DNA of 64,000 bases, taken from NCBI GenBank assembly GCA_037131245.1, contig JBAXRK010000003.1:3333-67332 (forward strand), written 5' to 3'. Position numbers and translations under genes: made by a program. This DNA is from Candidatus Omnitrophota bacterium. Its GTDB lineage: Bacteria > Omnitrophota > Gorgyraeia > Zapsychrales > Fredricksoniimonadaceae. Numbering within the stretch: the stretch's first letter is position 1; every line of letters begins with the position of its first letter. This document shows, piece by piece, positions 32,101-39,343 of this stretch. The notes below the pieces were generated by a model. It searched no databases. It had not been told where the DNA came from and saw only the letters and a program-made list of their open reading frames with translations.

Positions 32101-33212
32101 GTCCATGTGCCGGCGGCGGCGCGGTCGGTGCCGCTGCCGTTGGCGGCGGTGTTCCATCCGGCGAAGGTATAGCCGGTACGGACCAGATTCCCGCTATTGC
32201 TTGCGGTGGTGACGGTGTCGCCGTTGTAATAGGTCGAGGCATCGGTCGGCACGGATCCGCCGGTATTGCTATTGCCATTGTACGTGACGGTGTAGGTGGC
32301 ATCCGCGGTCCACTTGGCATAAAGGGTGACATTGCTGCTGCCCATGGAGAAAGTGGCGCCCGGCGCATAGGTGGTCCCGGTGCCGTTGCCGAGGGTGTTC
32401 CAGCCGGCAAAAGTGAAATGGGTGCGGACCAGATTGCCGGTATTGGCCAGTACGGTTACGGTGTCGTTTTGGTAGTAAGCGCCGCCGTCAGAAGGTGTCG
32501 AACCGCCGGTGTTCACATTGCCGTTATAGGTCACGGTGAACGTGGGGTCGGCCACACAGTTGTCGCTGACGCAGGTTTTATTGTTACCGCAGACGCCGCA
32601 GTTGCTGCTGCAGCCATCGTCGCCGCAGGTTTTGCCGTTGCACTGCGGAGTGCAGACACAGACGCCGCCCGCACAGGTGTTCCCACCGCCGCTCGGGCAT
32701 ATGTTCCCCACCGAACCGCAGTTGCTGGTGTCGGTCTGCAGGTTCAGCTCCGGCTGATTGCTATTGGTGTTAACGATATCATCCCCACCAGTGGCGATCT
32801 TGCCCGAAGGCAGCATGGTGTCGCTGTTGCTGATCCCGTCAGGTCCGACCGAGGTGATAGCGAAATAGATCCCGTTCTTGGTATAACGGTATGTGTCGCC
32901 GGTGGGGGAGAAAGGGTCGGCCGGGGTTTCGGTGATGATCCGCGGCGTCGCGCTGGTCAGGTCGGTGGTGATATTGTCAGGCAATGTATTGTTGTGGCCG
33001 AGCGCGTACTGGCGCACCGCGGCTTTGAGCATCATGATATCCGACTGGACCTGGGCCTGCTTGGCCTGCTCCTGCATGCCCTTGGTGCGCGGCAGCGCCA
33101 TGCTGACAATGACCGCGGCGATCGAGAGGGTGACGAGGACTTCGACAACGCTGAAGGCCTGTTTCTTTTTGATTGGCGTGGCTGCGTTTGTTTTTGCCCG
33201 GAAAAGCCCCAT
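29133..33212 (-). CDS. giant modular pseudopilin: prepilin-type N-terminus + GspG-like domain + Cys-rich knot + 12 Listeria-Bacteroides (InlB B-type) repeats + two Cys-rich modules
   Basis: Class-III-signal-like KKKQA/FSVVEVLVTLSIAAVIVSMALP with Glu at +5. GspG-like ADPFSPTGDTYRYTKNGIYFAITSVGPDG. CGSVGNICPSGGGNTCAGGVCVCTPQCNGKTCGDDGCSSNCGVCGNNKTCVSDNC. Twelve units of the form YTVTYNGNSNTGGSVPTD...GYTFAGWNTAANGSGT...ANVTLYAKW. Confidence 0.85.
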   Translation of the reverse strand: MGLFRAKTNAATPIKKKQAFSVVEVLVTLSIAAVIVSMALPRTKGMQEQAKQAQVQSDIMMLKAAVRQYALGHNNTLPDNITTDLTSATPRIITETPADPFSPTGDTYRYTKNGIYFAITSVGPDGISNSDTMLPSGKIATGGDDIVNTNSNQPELNLQTDTSNCGSVGNICPSGGGNTCAGGVCVCTPQCNGKTCGDDGCSSNCGVCGNNKTCVSDNCVADPTFTVTYNGNVNTGGSTPSDGGAYYQNDTVTVLANTGNLVRTHFTFAGWNTLGNGTGTTYAPGATFSMGSSNVTLYAKWTADATYTVTYNGNSNTGGSVPTDASTYYNGDTVTTASNSGNLVRTGYTFAGWNTAANGSGTDRAAAGTWTIGAANVTLYAKWTINTYTVTYNGNSNTGGSVPVDGSSPYNYNTTVTALNNTGTLVRTGYTFGGWNTAANGSGSTYAAGSGTFAIAANTTLYAKWNAVNYTVTYNGNTNTGGSVPTDGSTYQIGATVTVLGNTGGLTKTGYSFNGWNTAANGSGTSQAAASTFSMGSANVTLYAQWTALPTYTVTYNGNSNTGGAVPTDASAYYGGDTVTVAGNTGTLVRTHYTFAGWNTAANGSGTSRAAASTFSMGGANVTLYAQWTANATYTVTYNGNTNTGGSAPSDATAYYNGDTVTVAAVGSLTKTGYTFTGWNTAANGSGTSRAAAATFAIGAANVTLYAQWVSSGHSVTYNSNGATSGTVPTDATSYANGATVTIASNTGALAKTDSTFTGWNTAANGSGTAYATGSTLTMGSANVTLYAQWSGDGTYTINAQSSSGYCDCGLNPSSCYTVYSQGYSSTGSCVVSGDAGDGSGGSAYALLRTALQACNANATLSGADPGTGASSGTYYYGGTRYSVTYNGNGNTGGSAPTDAAAYLNGATVTLQGGGSLTKTGNTIIGWNTLANGSGTAYNLNGTLSMGSANVTLYAVWTPAYTVTYNGNSNTGGSAPTDAQLYIPGSTITLPGNTGNLVRTGYNFAGWNTLANGSGTSYAVGASYTTGGANATLYAKWTGVTYTVTYNGSGSTGGSVPVDAGSYANGATYTLLGAGTMTKTGYAFSRWNALANLTGTSKNAGDTATMGSANVTWYAVWNPTYTVTYNGNGSEGGSVPVDNTAYAAGATATIPLNTGNLTRTGYTFSSWNTAANGTGSNFGNSGLTMNQNWTLYAKWTPTGYLVTYNSNGATSGTVPTDATSYSNGQTVTVKTNSGGLARTSNNFNGWNTAANGSGTARAVNSTFAIGAGNVTLYARWTGSGNYTIDAQTSYPCNCDYFGDCQTCCDQVYRTTGDCTIAANAGCGGNAYTLLQAAVQACNANAALTGSDPALAAGSGTYSY
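29395..32545 (-). repeat. 12 in-frame coding tandem repeats (~225-247 nt each), interrupted once by a Cys-rich module
   Basis: Six consecutive units carry an identical 26-mer, ccgctgccgttggcggcggtgttcca (plus strand), at ~30910, 31153, 31395, 31642, 31885 and 32131 (spacing 242-247 nt). Other units carry diverged versions at ~29450, 29690, 30170, 30410 and 32390. Confidence 0.9.
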
Positions 33213-33218
33213 AACATA

Positions 33219-33247
33219 AGTTTAGATTAAATTTAAACGTATTTCAA
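33219..33247 (-). promoter_or_regulatory. promoter candidate TTGAAA-N17-TAAACT, 6 nt upstream of the pseudopilin ATG (leaderless geometry)
   Basis: Minus strand reads ctaTTGAAAtacgtttaaatttaatcTAAACTtatgttATG. -35 at 33247-33242, -10 at 33224-33219, ATG at 33212. No Shine-Dalgarno. Confidence 0.5.
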
Positions 33248-33282
33248 TAGGCATCGGGGAAATAGGATTTCCGGCTTAACGC

Positions 33283-33311
33283 TTGACCCCTAAGGCCGGG
33301 GCAAGTACACT
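33283..33311 (+). promoter_or_regulatory. promoter candidate TTGACC-N17-TACACT, 6 nt upstream of the dedA-like ATG (leaderless geometry)
   Basis: TTGACC 33283-33288, 17-nt spacer, TACACT 33306-33311, then ttttcgc... with ATG at 33318. No Shine-Dalgarno. Confidence 0.5.
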
Positions 33312-33317
33312 TTTCGC

Positions 33318-33893
33318 ATGACCGAGACCATTCCGCCTTTTCTGGCAGAGCTTATCCATGAGCATGGTGACTGGGGGACATTTATCGCGATGTTCCTTGA
33401 GTCCAGCATCATCCCTATCCCTTCAGAGGTGGTGATCGCGGGGGCGGGAGCGATCGGCGTTCCTTTATATTCGATCGTTGTTTTCGGCGCGCTGGGATCG
33501 ACGCTCGGGGCGATGGTCGGTTACGCCATCGGGCGTTTCGCCGGTTTGCCGTTCGTCTTGAAGTTCGGTAAATACCTTTTTATCAAGCCGCATCATATCG
33601 CCAAAGCGGAGGCATTCGCGCAGAAACACGGCGCCTGGAGCGTGCTCTTAGGCCGCCTGCTGCCCATCATTCCGTTCAAGGTCTTTTCCATTGCTTCCGG
33701 TTTAACCAAGATCCCTTTTATTCCTTTCGTGATCTGTACCATGATCGGGGTCGTCCCGCGGCTTTATCTTCTAGCGATGTTCGGCGCGCTGGTCGTCCGT
33801 TATATAAAGATCGCCGGCCTGGCTTTTATTGCGCTTGCTGTATGCTACGGTTTGTACTATTGGTTTAAAAATCGTAAGCCCCGTCCTGCCTGA
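33318..33893 (+). CDS. DedA/VTT-family membrane protein
   Basis: FIAMFLESSIIPIPSEVVIAGAGA, GRFAGLPFV, GRLLPIIPFKVFSIASGL: typical DedA blocks. Confidence 0.8.
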   Translation: MTETIPPFLAELIHEHGDWGTFIAMFLESSIIPIPSEVVIAGAGAIGVPLYSIVVFGALGSTLGAMVGYAIGRFAGLPFVLKFGKYLFIKPHHIAKAEAFAQKHGAWSVLLGRLLPIIPFKVFSIASGLTKIPFIPFVICTMIGVVPRLYLLAMFGALVVRYIKIAGLAFIALAVCYGLYYWFKNRKPRPA

Positions 33894-33913
33894 AAAAACG
33901 GTATAATGAAGCG

Positions 33914-35143
33914 ATGAACAACGAATCCTGGGACCTTATTGTTGTTGGCGCCGGAGCGGCGGGCTTGATGGCCGCGGCGGAAGCCGGGCGCCTGAAGCTT
34001 AAGGTCCTGGTCCTTGAGGGCCAGAAGGAACCCGGCGCCAAGCTTTTGATGTGCGGCGGCGGGCGGTGTAACGCCACGAACGTCAAGATCACCGAAAAAG
34101 ATTATCACGCCGGTTGTTCCCATACCTTACGCCATGTCCTGAAAGCTTTTTCAACGGATGACGCCTTGCGGTTTTTCGAGCAGTGGCGCGCCCCGTTGCT
34201 GCTGCAGGAAGACGGGTGTTATTTTTCGGCTGATGGCAGCGCCCGTACGATCTTAAAGGCATTGATGGGGGCGGCGGCCGGCGGCGGCGCCCAGGTCCGC
34301 TGCGGCGTGAGGGTCGCATCGATCGCGTTCCAGAGTGGTGGTTTTAATGTGGTGGCGGGCCATGACATGTTGCGGGCGCGGTCCGTGCTGATCACGACCG
34401 GCGGCCTGTCTTATCCGCTCACCGGTTCAGACGGAGCGGGGTATAAGTTCGCGGAAAGTTTCGGGCATCAGCCGGTGCCGGCCCGTCCGGCGCTCACGCC
34501 GCTGTCCGCTTCTTCAGAGTTGTTTTCCGGCCTGTCGGGCATTGTGGTGCCGGTCGCTTTATCCCTTTGGGTCGAACATCGCAAGGTCCAAACGCTTCAC
34601 GGTCCGCTGTTGTTTACCCATCATGGCTTCAGCGGTCCGGCGCCGCTCGAGATCAGCCGGGCCTGGTTCGACGCTCGCGGGCAGGAAGGCAAAGTGAAAG
34701 CGGATTTCTTCCCGGATATGAAACAGGAGGGTGTCGGGTTTCTGTTCCAGCCGGGGCCGAAAAGTTTAAAGACCCTGTTATGTGCCTATCTGCCTGAGCG
34801 GCTGGTCCTTATTTTGCTGGGGCAGGCGGGAGTGGACGGCTTGAAGCGCCCAGGCATGTCGGAGGTCGGCAAAGACGCCCGTCATTCTCTGGAGCGGGTC
34901 CTGCGCTCGTTCACGTTACCGGTGAAGGACGTGGTCGGTTATTCCAGGGCCGAGATCACGGCCGGCGGCGTCGACCTTAAGGAGTTAAAAGGGGCGTCGC
35001 TTGAATCCCGCCTTCAAGAGGGCCTGTATTTTGCCGGTGAAGTGGTCGACGTTGACGGCCGCATCGGGGGTTTTAATCTGCATTGGGCCTGGGCGTCGGC
35101 GGTTTCCGCGGCGAGGGCGATCGCGAAAAAGAGCGTGGTATGA
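33914..35143 (+). CDS. FAD-dependent oxidoreductase, HI0933/BaiN-like
   Basis: Dinucleotide fold DLIVVGAGAAGLMAA. GGGRCNATN, ITTGGLSYP.TGSDG.GY, TAGGVDLKEL, LYFAGEVVDVDGRIGGFNL. Confidence 0.8.
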   Translation: MNNESWDLIVVGAGAAGLMAAAEAGRLKLKVLVLEGQKEPGAKLLMCGGGRCNATNVKITEKDYHAGCSHTLRHVLKAFSTDDALRFFEQWRAPLLLQEDGCYFSADGSARTILKALMGAAAGGGAQVRCGVRVASIAFQSGGFNVVAGHDMLRARSVLITTGGLSYPLTGSDGAGYKFAESFGHQPVPARPALTPLSASSELFSGLSGIVVPVALSLWVEHRKVQTLHGPLLFTHHGFSGPAPLEISRAWFDARGQEGKVKADFFPDMKQEGVGFLFQPGPKSLKTLLCAYLPERLVLILLGQAGVDGLKRPGMSEVGKDARHSLERVLRSFTLPVKDVVGYSRAEITAGGVDLKELKGASLESRLQEGLYFAGEVVDVDGRIGGFNLHWAWASAVSAARAIAKKSVV

Positions 35144-35469
35144 CAACTATTTTGTTGCTTACTTTATCGAATATTTTCATGACCTTCGCCTGGTACGGGC
35201 ATTTGAAGTTCCGCGATCAGCCTTTGTGGCTGGTGGTGCTTGCCAGCTGGGGCATCGCGTTCTTTGAATACTGCCTGATGGTGCCGGCCAACCGCTGGGG
35301 TTACGGGCAGTTCAGCGCGGTGCAGCTGAAGACTATCCAGGAAGTGATCACGTTGGTTGTTTTCTCCGGCTTCTCGGTGTGGTATCTTAAGGAGCCGTTC
35401 AAGTGGAATTACCTGGCGGGATTCGTGTTGATCGTGGCGGCGGTGTTCGTTATTTTTAAGAAGTGGTGA
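35140..35469 (+). CDS. small DMT-like membrane protein (DUF486)
   Basis: ATG at 35140 overlaps the upstream stop (ATGA). MTTILLLTLSNIFMTFAWYGHLKF... Four helices. Family call from memory. Confidence 0.65.
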   Translation: MTTILLLTLSNIFMTFAWYGHLKFRDQPLWLVVLASWGIAFFEYCLMVPANRWGYGQFSAVQLKTIQEVITLVVFSGFSVWYLKEPFKWNYLAGFVLIVAAVFVIFKKW

Positions 35470-35498
35470 TCTGTCGGTTTAATTAACGGGGGGTTGAT

Positions 35499-35990
35499 AT
35501 GAATTGTCCGGTCTGTACCAAGCAAATGGTCGCGAAAGATTTCGGCATGAAATCCATGGTTAATGTTTGTGAGGACGGATGTAAGGGCCTTTGGTTCGAT
35601 TATCTGGGCTTGCGCCAGGTCGATGAAAAGAACGAGGGCGCGGGCGCCGCTTTGCAGGCCGCGATCAATTATCCCCGGGCTAATGACGGCAAGCGCGCGC
35701 CGCTGGCCTGCCCCAAGTGCGGCGGTATCATGCACGCGCATACGTATCCGCGCGTCAAGGAAGTCAATGTGGACGAGTGCTATTCTTGCGGCGGGTTCTT
35801 TCTTGATTCAGGCGAGCTGGCCTTGATCCGCGACCGGCAGATGAGCGAAGCGGAAGAAGAAACCTACGTTCACCAGTTGATCAACGCGATCCCGGCGTCC
35901 CATCAGGCTGATATTGTCGGTAAGGAAGACGCGCGCGCCGCCGCGGTTCGCGGGTTGACCGGATTGATCCGGAAGAATTACTGGCAGTGA
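35499..35990 (+). CDS. tandem TFIIB-type zinc-ribbon protein
   Basis: Two copies of CPxC ... C.GxWFD / C..CGGFFLD (MNCPVCTKQM...CEDGCKGLWFDYLGL and LACPKCGGIM...CYSCGGFFLDSGEL). Confidence 0.7.
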   Translation: MNCPVCTKQMVAKDFGMKSMVNVCEDGCKGLWFDYLGLRQVDEKNEGAGAALQAAINYPRANDGKRAPLACPKCGGIMHAHTYPRVKEVNVDECYSCGGFFLDSGELALIRDRQMSEAEEETYVHQLINAIPASHQADIVGKEDARAAAVRGLTGLIRKNYWQ

Positions 35991-35991
35991 C

Positions 35992-37326
35992 CTACAGCAG
36001 GTCGCTGGCCAGTTCCGCCAGTTCCGAACGTTCGCCTTTTTCCAGGAAAATATGGGTGTACAGGTTCTGCCCCTGCATTTTATCGATCAGGTAGCTTAAG
36101 CCGTTGGAGTAAATATCCAGGTACGGATGGTCGATCTGGAAAATGTCGCCGGTAAAGACCATCTTGGTGTTCTCGCCAGCCCGGGTGATGATGGTTTTGA
36201 TCTCATGGGGCGTCAGGTTCTGCGCTTCGTCCACGATAAAGTAGGTGTCGACCAAACTGCGGCCGCGGATATAGGCCAACGGCGCGATCACCAGCTTCTC
36301 CTCGTCAAGCATCCGCTGGAATTTCTTGCCGCGGCGTTCAATGGTCTCGATATTCTTGTCCTGGATCACGCCCAGATTGTCGTAGAGCGGCTGCATGTAG
36401 GGGCCGATCTTCTCGTCGACGCTGCCCGGCAAATAGCCCAGGTCGCGGTTGGAGAGCGCGATGATGGGCCGCGCCAGGAAGATCTGCTTGTAATTGTCGC
36501 GCTGGTCAAGCGCGGCGGCCAGCGCCAGCAGGGTCTTGCCCGTGCCGGCTTTGCCGGAAATGGTCATCAGGCGGATGTCCTCGTTCATCAAGGCGTGCAG
36601 GGCGAACATTTGTTCCACGTTGCGCGGCTTGATCCCCGAGGCGTTCACCTTGGTGATATGCTTGATCAGCATATCCTTCGGGTCGACGAAGCCGAGCGCC
36701 GACATTTCCTTGTTGCGGGCCACCACGAATTCATTAGGGCGGAATTTATTGCGCGATTTGAACGATTTGATCGAGACGCCTTCATGGCTGTGGCACAGTT
36801 TGTCGATGACTTCCCGCGAGACGTTCTCTTCGAAGCGGTAGCCCTTGTAGATCGTCGAGATATCTTTAACGTGATCGGTGGTGTAATCCTCAGCGATCAG
36901 CCGTACGGCCTTGGCTTTCACCCGCAGGTTGACGTCTTTGGTGACCAGGGTTACTTCGCGGGCCGGATATTCCTTGGCCAGGCAGTAGGCGCAGTTGAGG
37001 ATCTTGTGGTCGGGTTTGTCGAATTCGAAATGGGGCGCGAGGTCCGGGTGGAAGCGCTGGTCGAGCTTGATGAGCAGGTTCCCCTTGTTCTTGCCGATGG
37101 GGATGCCGCCGTTGAAGATGCCGTCGGCGCTGATCTTGTCGAGCTCTTTTAAAAAATGCCGGGCCTGGAAATTGAGCGATTCATTGCCCTTTTTGAATTT
37201 ATCGAGCTCTTCGATAACGGTGATGGGAACGACAACGTCGTGTTCCTTGAACTGGTGCAGGCAGGCGCTGTCGTGAAGAATGACGTTGGTGTCGAGGACG
37301 AAGAATTTTGTGGTTTTTGGTGTCAT
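35992..37326 (-). CDS. PhoH-family ATPase with N-terminal PIN domain (YlaK-like)
   Basis: AGGAGG SD upstream. PIN start FVLDTNVILHD. Walker A SGKAGTGKTLLALA. FIVDEAQNLTPHE. Confidence 0.85.
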   Translation of the reverse strand: MTPKTTKFFVLDTNVILHDSACLHQFKEHDVVVPITVIEELDKFKKGNESLNFQARHFLKELDKISADGIFNGGIPIGKNKGNLLIKLDQRFHPDLAPHFEFDKPDHKILNCAYCLAKEYPAREVTLVTKDVNLRVKAKAVRLIAEDYTTDHVKDISTIYKGYRFEENVSREVIDKLCHSHEGVSIKSFKSRNKFRPNEFVVARNKEMSALGFVDPKDMLIKHITKVNASGIKPRNVEQMFALHALMNEDIRLMTISGKAGTGKTLLALAAALDQRDNYKQIFLARPIIALSNRDLGYLPGSVDEKIGPYMQPLYDNLGVIQDKNIETIERRGKKFQRMLDEEKLVIAPLAYIRGRSLVDTYFIVDEAQNLTPHEIKTIITRAGENTKMVFTGDIFQIDHPYLDIYSNGLSYLIDKMQGQNLYTHIFLEKGERSELAELASDLL

Positions 37327-37408
37327 AGCCCGCCTCCTAGAGTTAGAATGGCGCAGTTGATGAAAAGACCCTTAACCTGTCCTCAATGAGAGTATAACAC
37401 TTATAAAC

Positions 37409-38158
37409 ATGAAGATAGCCTTTGCTGGATTATTTTTTCTGTTCATTTGCGCCGCTTCAGTCATGGCGGCTGATAAGCCCGCGGCCGTTTGGACGTTGCC
37501 TGAGAAAGAGGTCGTGGTTTTCAAGATCAAGTGGCTGGGCATCACGGCAGGGGAGATCGTCTCCGAGATCAAGGGCCGCACCATGTATAAGGGCCGTAAC
37601 GTCTACCTGATCGACGTGACAGCGCGCACCACAGGGTTGTGTTCCACCTTGTACCGCGTGGAAGATCATTATGTGTCGTATCTTGACGCGGAGCATTTGT
37701 ATTCCCTGCGCCACGAAGTCCATCGCCGGGAAGGGAGTTATAAAAAGGACGCGGTGATCGATTTTGACCAGGACGCTCACATGGCGCATTTCAAGAGCGC
37801 TACCGACGGCAGCGAGAAGCATTTTAGTATCCCCGAGAACACGCAGGATACGGTGACCGCGGCGTATGTCGCGCGCACTTTTGACCTGCTGCCGGGCAAG
37901 CATTTTGATATTAAGGTTTGCAATAGCGAGAAGAATTACACCATCGACCTGGCGATCGGGAACAAGACCAAAATGCATACGGTTGGCAATAAAGTGGTGG
38001 ATGTGGTGCGTTTGCAGCCGAAGGGGCATTATAAGAATAACGTGGTTCGCGACGGGCGCCTGAGCGGTTATGTGGAAGCCGCCTCCGGCCATGCGCCGGT
38101 TTTTATCGTGATCAAGGCCCCGGTCTTTACCCGCCTGACAGCTATCCGAGTTAAGTAA
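37409..38158 (+). CDS. exported hypothetical protein, DUF3108-like
   Basis: Signal MKIAFAGLFFLFICAASVMA. Beta-rich. FKIKWLGITAGEIVSEIKG and a C-terminal ...VFIVIKAPVF pattern resemble DUF3108 (tentative). Confidence 0.45.
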   Translation: MKIAFAGLFFLFICAASVMAADKPAAVWTLPEKEVVVFKIKWLGITAGEIVSEIKGRTMYKGRNVYLIDVTARTTGLCSTLYRVEDHYVSYLDAEHLYSLRHEVHRREGSYKKDAVIDFDQDAHMAHFKSATDGSEKHFSIPENTQDTVTAAYVARTFDLLPGKHFDIKVCNSEKNYTIDLAIGNKTKMHTVGNKVVDVVRLQPKGHYKNNVVRDGRLSGYVEAASGHAPVFIVIKAPVFTRLTAIRVK

Positions 38159-39265
38159 TTAAAATTCCATTAAAGCAGGGAACTTGGCGTGGTTCGTCGC
38201 CGTTTCCGGCGTGATGATGCCGCGCTGAACCAGGTTGCTCAGGCACTGTTCGAGGGTGTACATCTTTTCCCGTCCGGTCTCCATCTGGCTGCGGATCTCG
38301 GAGAGCGCGTTGCGCCGGATCATGTTGCGGATCGCCATGGTGGTGACGATAAGTTCGGTCGCCAGCGTCCGCCCCTGGGTGTCCTTGCGGGGCAACAGGT
38401 GCTGGCCGATGATCGCCAGCATGTTCTCGGCGAGCTGCACGCGGATCTGGTTCTGCTTGTCGCCGGGATACACATCGATGATGCGGTTGATGGCCTCGAT
38501 CGCGTCCGGCGCGTGCAGGGTGCCCAGCACAAGGTGGCCGGTTTCGGCGGTGGTCAGGGCCATGGAAATGGAATCAAGGTCGCGCATTTCGCCAACGACG
38601 ACGACATCCGGGTCCTGGCGCAGGGCGAACTTGAGGCCGGCCGTGAACGATTCCGTGTCGGCGCCCACTTCCCGCTGGATGATCAGGCTTTTCTTTGAAG
38701 TATGCACGTATTCGATCGGATCCTCGATCGTGATGATCTTGAGGCTGCGGTTCTGGTTGATGTATTCCACCAGGTGCGTCATGGTGGTGGTCTTGCCCGA
38801 GCCGGCTTTGCCGATGAGCAGGATGAGCCCCGAACGGCGCAGGGCCAGGTCGCCGATCTGTTCCGGCAGGCCCAGGTCGGCAAAGTTGGACAGCGACCGC
38901 GGCAAAATACGGATGACAGCGGCGATATGCCCCCGTTCCTGGTGGACATTCACGCGAAAATAGTACCCCTCGATCAGGGAAAAAGAAAAATCCAGTTCAT
39001 GGGTCGCTTTGAAGGCCTCAAGCTGCTGTTCGCTGAGCATTTCGATAATGATGTCATCCAGGTAATCGGCGTCGATGGGTGGAAGGTTCACGGGAGCCAG
39101 CGCGCCTGAAACGCGAAAGACCGGCGGCTGCCCGGCTACCAGATGGATATCGGACGCCTTGGATTTGATCGCGAGGTCAAGGTATTGCTTGATGCGAGGG
39201 CCGGCGGCCCCATCGGTCGTTCTGTTCATAGGAGAAAGATTACCATGCCTGTGGGTTTTAGACAA
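38159..39265 (-). CDS. pilT: type IV pilus retraction ATPase PilT
   Basis: ASDIHLVAGQPPVFRVSG, Walker A GKAGSGKTTT, ITIEDPIEY, VVVVGEMRDLDS, TGHLVLGTLHA. The tracked start is TTG at 39265; ATG at 39229 gives a more typical N-terminus. Confidence 0.9.
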   Translation of the reverse strand: MSKTHRHGNLSPMNRTTDGAAGPRIKQYLDLAIKSKASDIHLVAGQPPVFRVSGALAPVNLPPIDADYLDDIIIEMLSEQQLEAFKATHELDFSFSLIEGYYFRVNVHQERGHIAAVIRILPRSLSNFADLGLPEQIGDLALRRSGLILLIGKAGSGKTTTMTHLVEYINQNRSLKIITIEDPIEYVHTSKKSLIIQREVGADTESFTAGLKFALRQDPDVVVVGEMRDLDSISMALTTAETGHLVLGTLHAPDAIEAINRIIDVYPGDKQNQIRVQLAENMLAIIGQHLLPRKDTQGRTLATELIVTTMAIRNMIRRNALSEIRSQMETGREKMYTLEQCLSNLVQRGIITPETATNHAKFPALMEF

Positions 39266-39343
39266 GACAAGAGGTGTTGTTAAGATATTTTAACTTGGAG
39301 CGACTACATCTGTGATATATTCAAGGCCTACCAGGGGGTTCTT

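Noticed and set aside
29395-32545. Regular ~243-nt periodicity (and ~345-nt periodicity at 54095-58200) as a possible CRISPR or satellite array
   Set aside because: The repeats are in frame, far longer than CRISPR repeats, have no unique spacers and translate into recognisable protein repeats. They are coding tandem repeats.
31071-33230. 719-aa ORF on the plus strand, antisense to the pseudopilin gene
   Set aside because: It is Gly/Ala/Val/Arg-rich low-complexity sequence with no SD or family motif. It is the expected stop-free mirror frame of a GC-rich repetitive gene, whereas the minus-strand frame has clear pilin and repeat-domain motifs.
36127-38963. Plus-strand ORFs of 341 aa (36127-37152) and 242 aa (38235-38963)
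   Set aside because: Antisense shadows of the phoH-like and pilT genes, which have unambiguous ATPase motifs on the minus strand.
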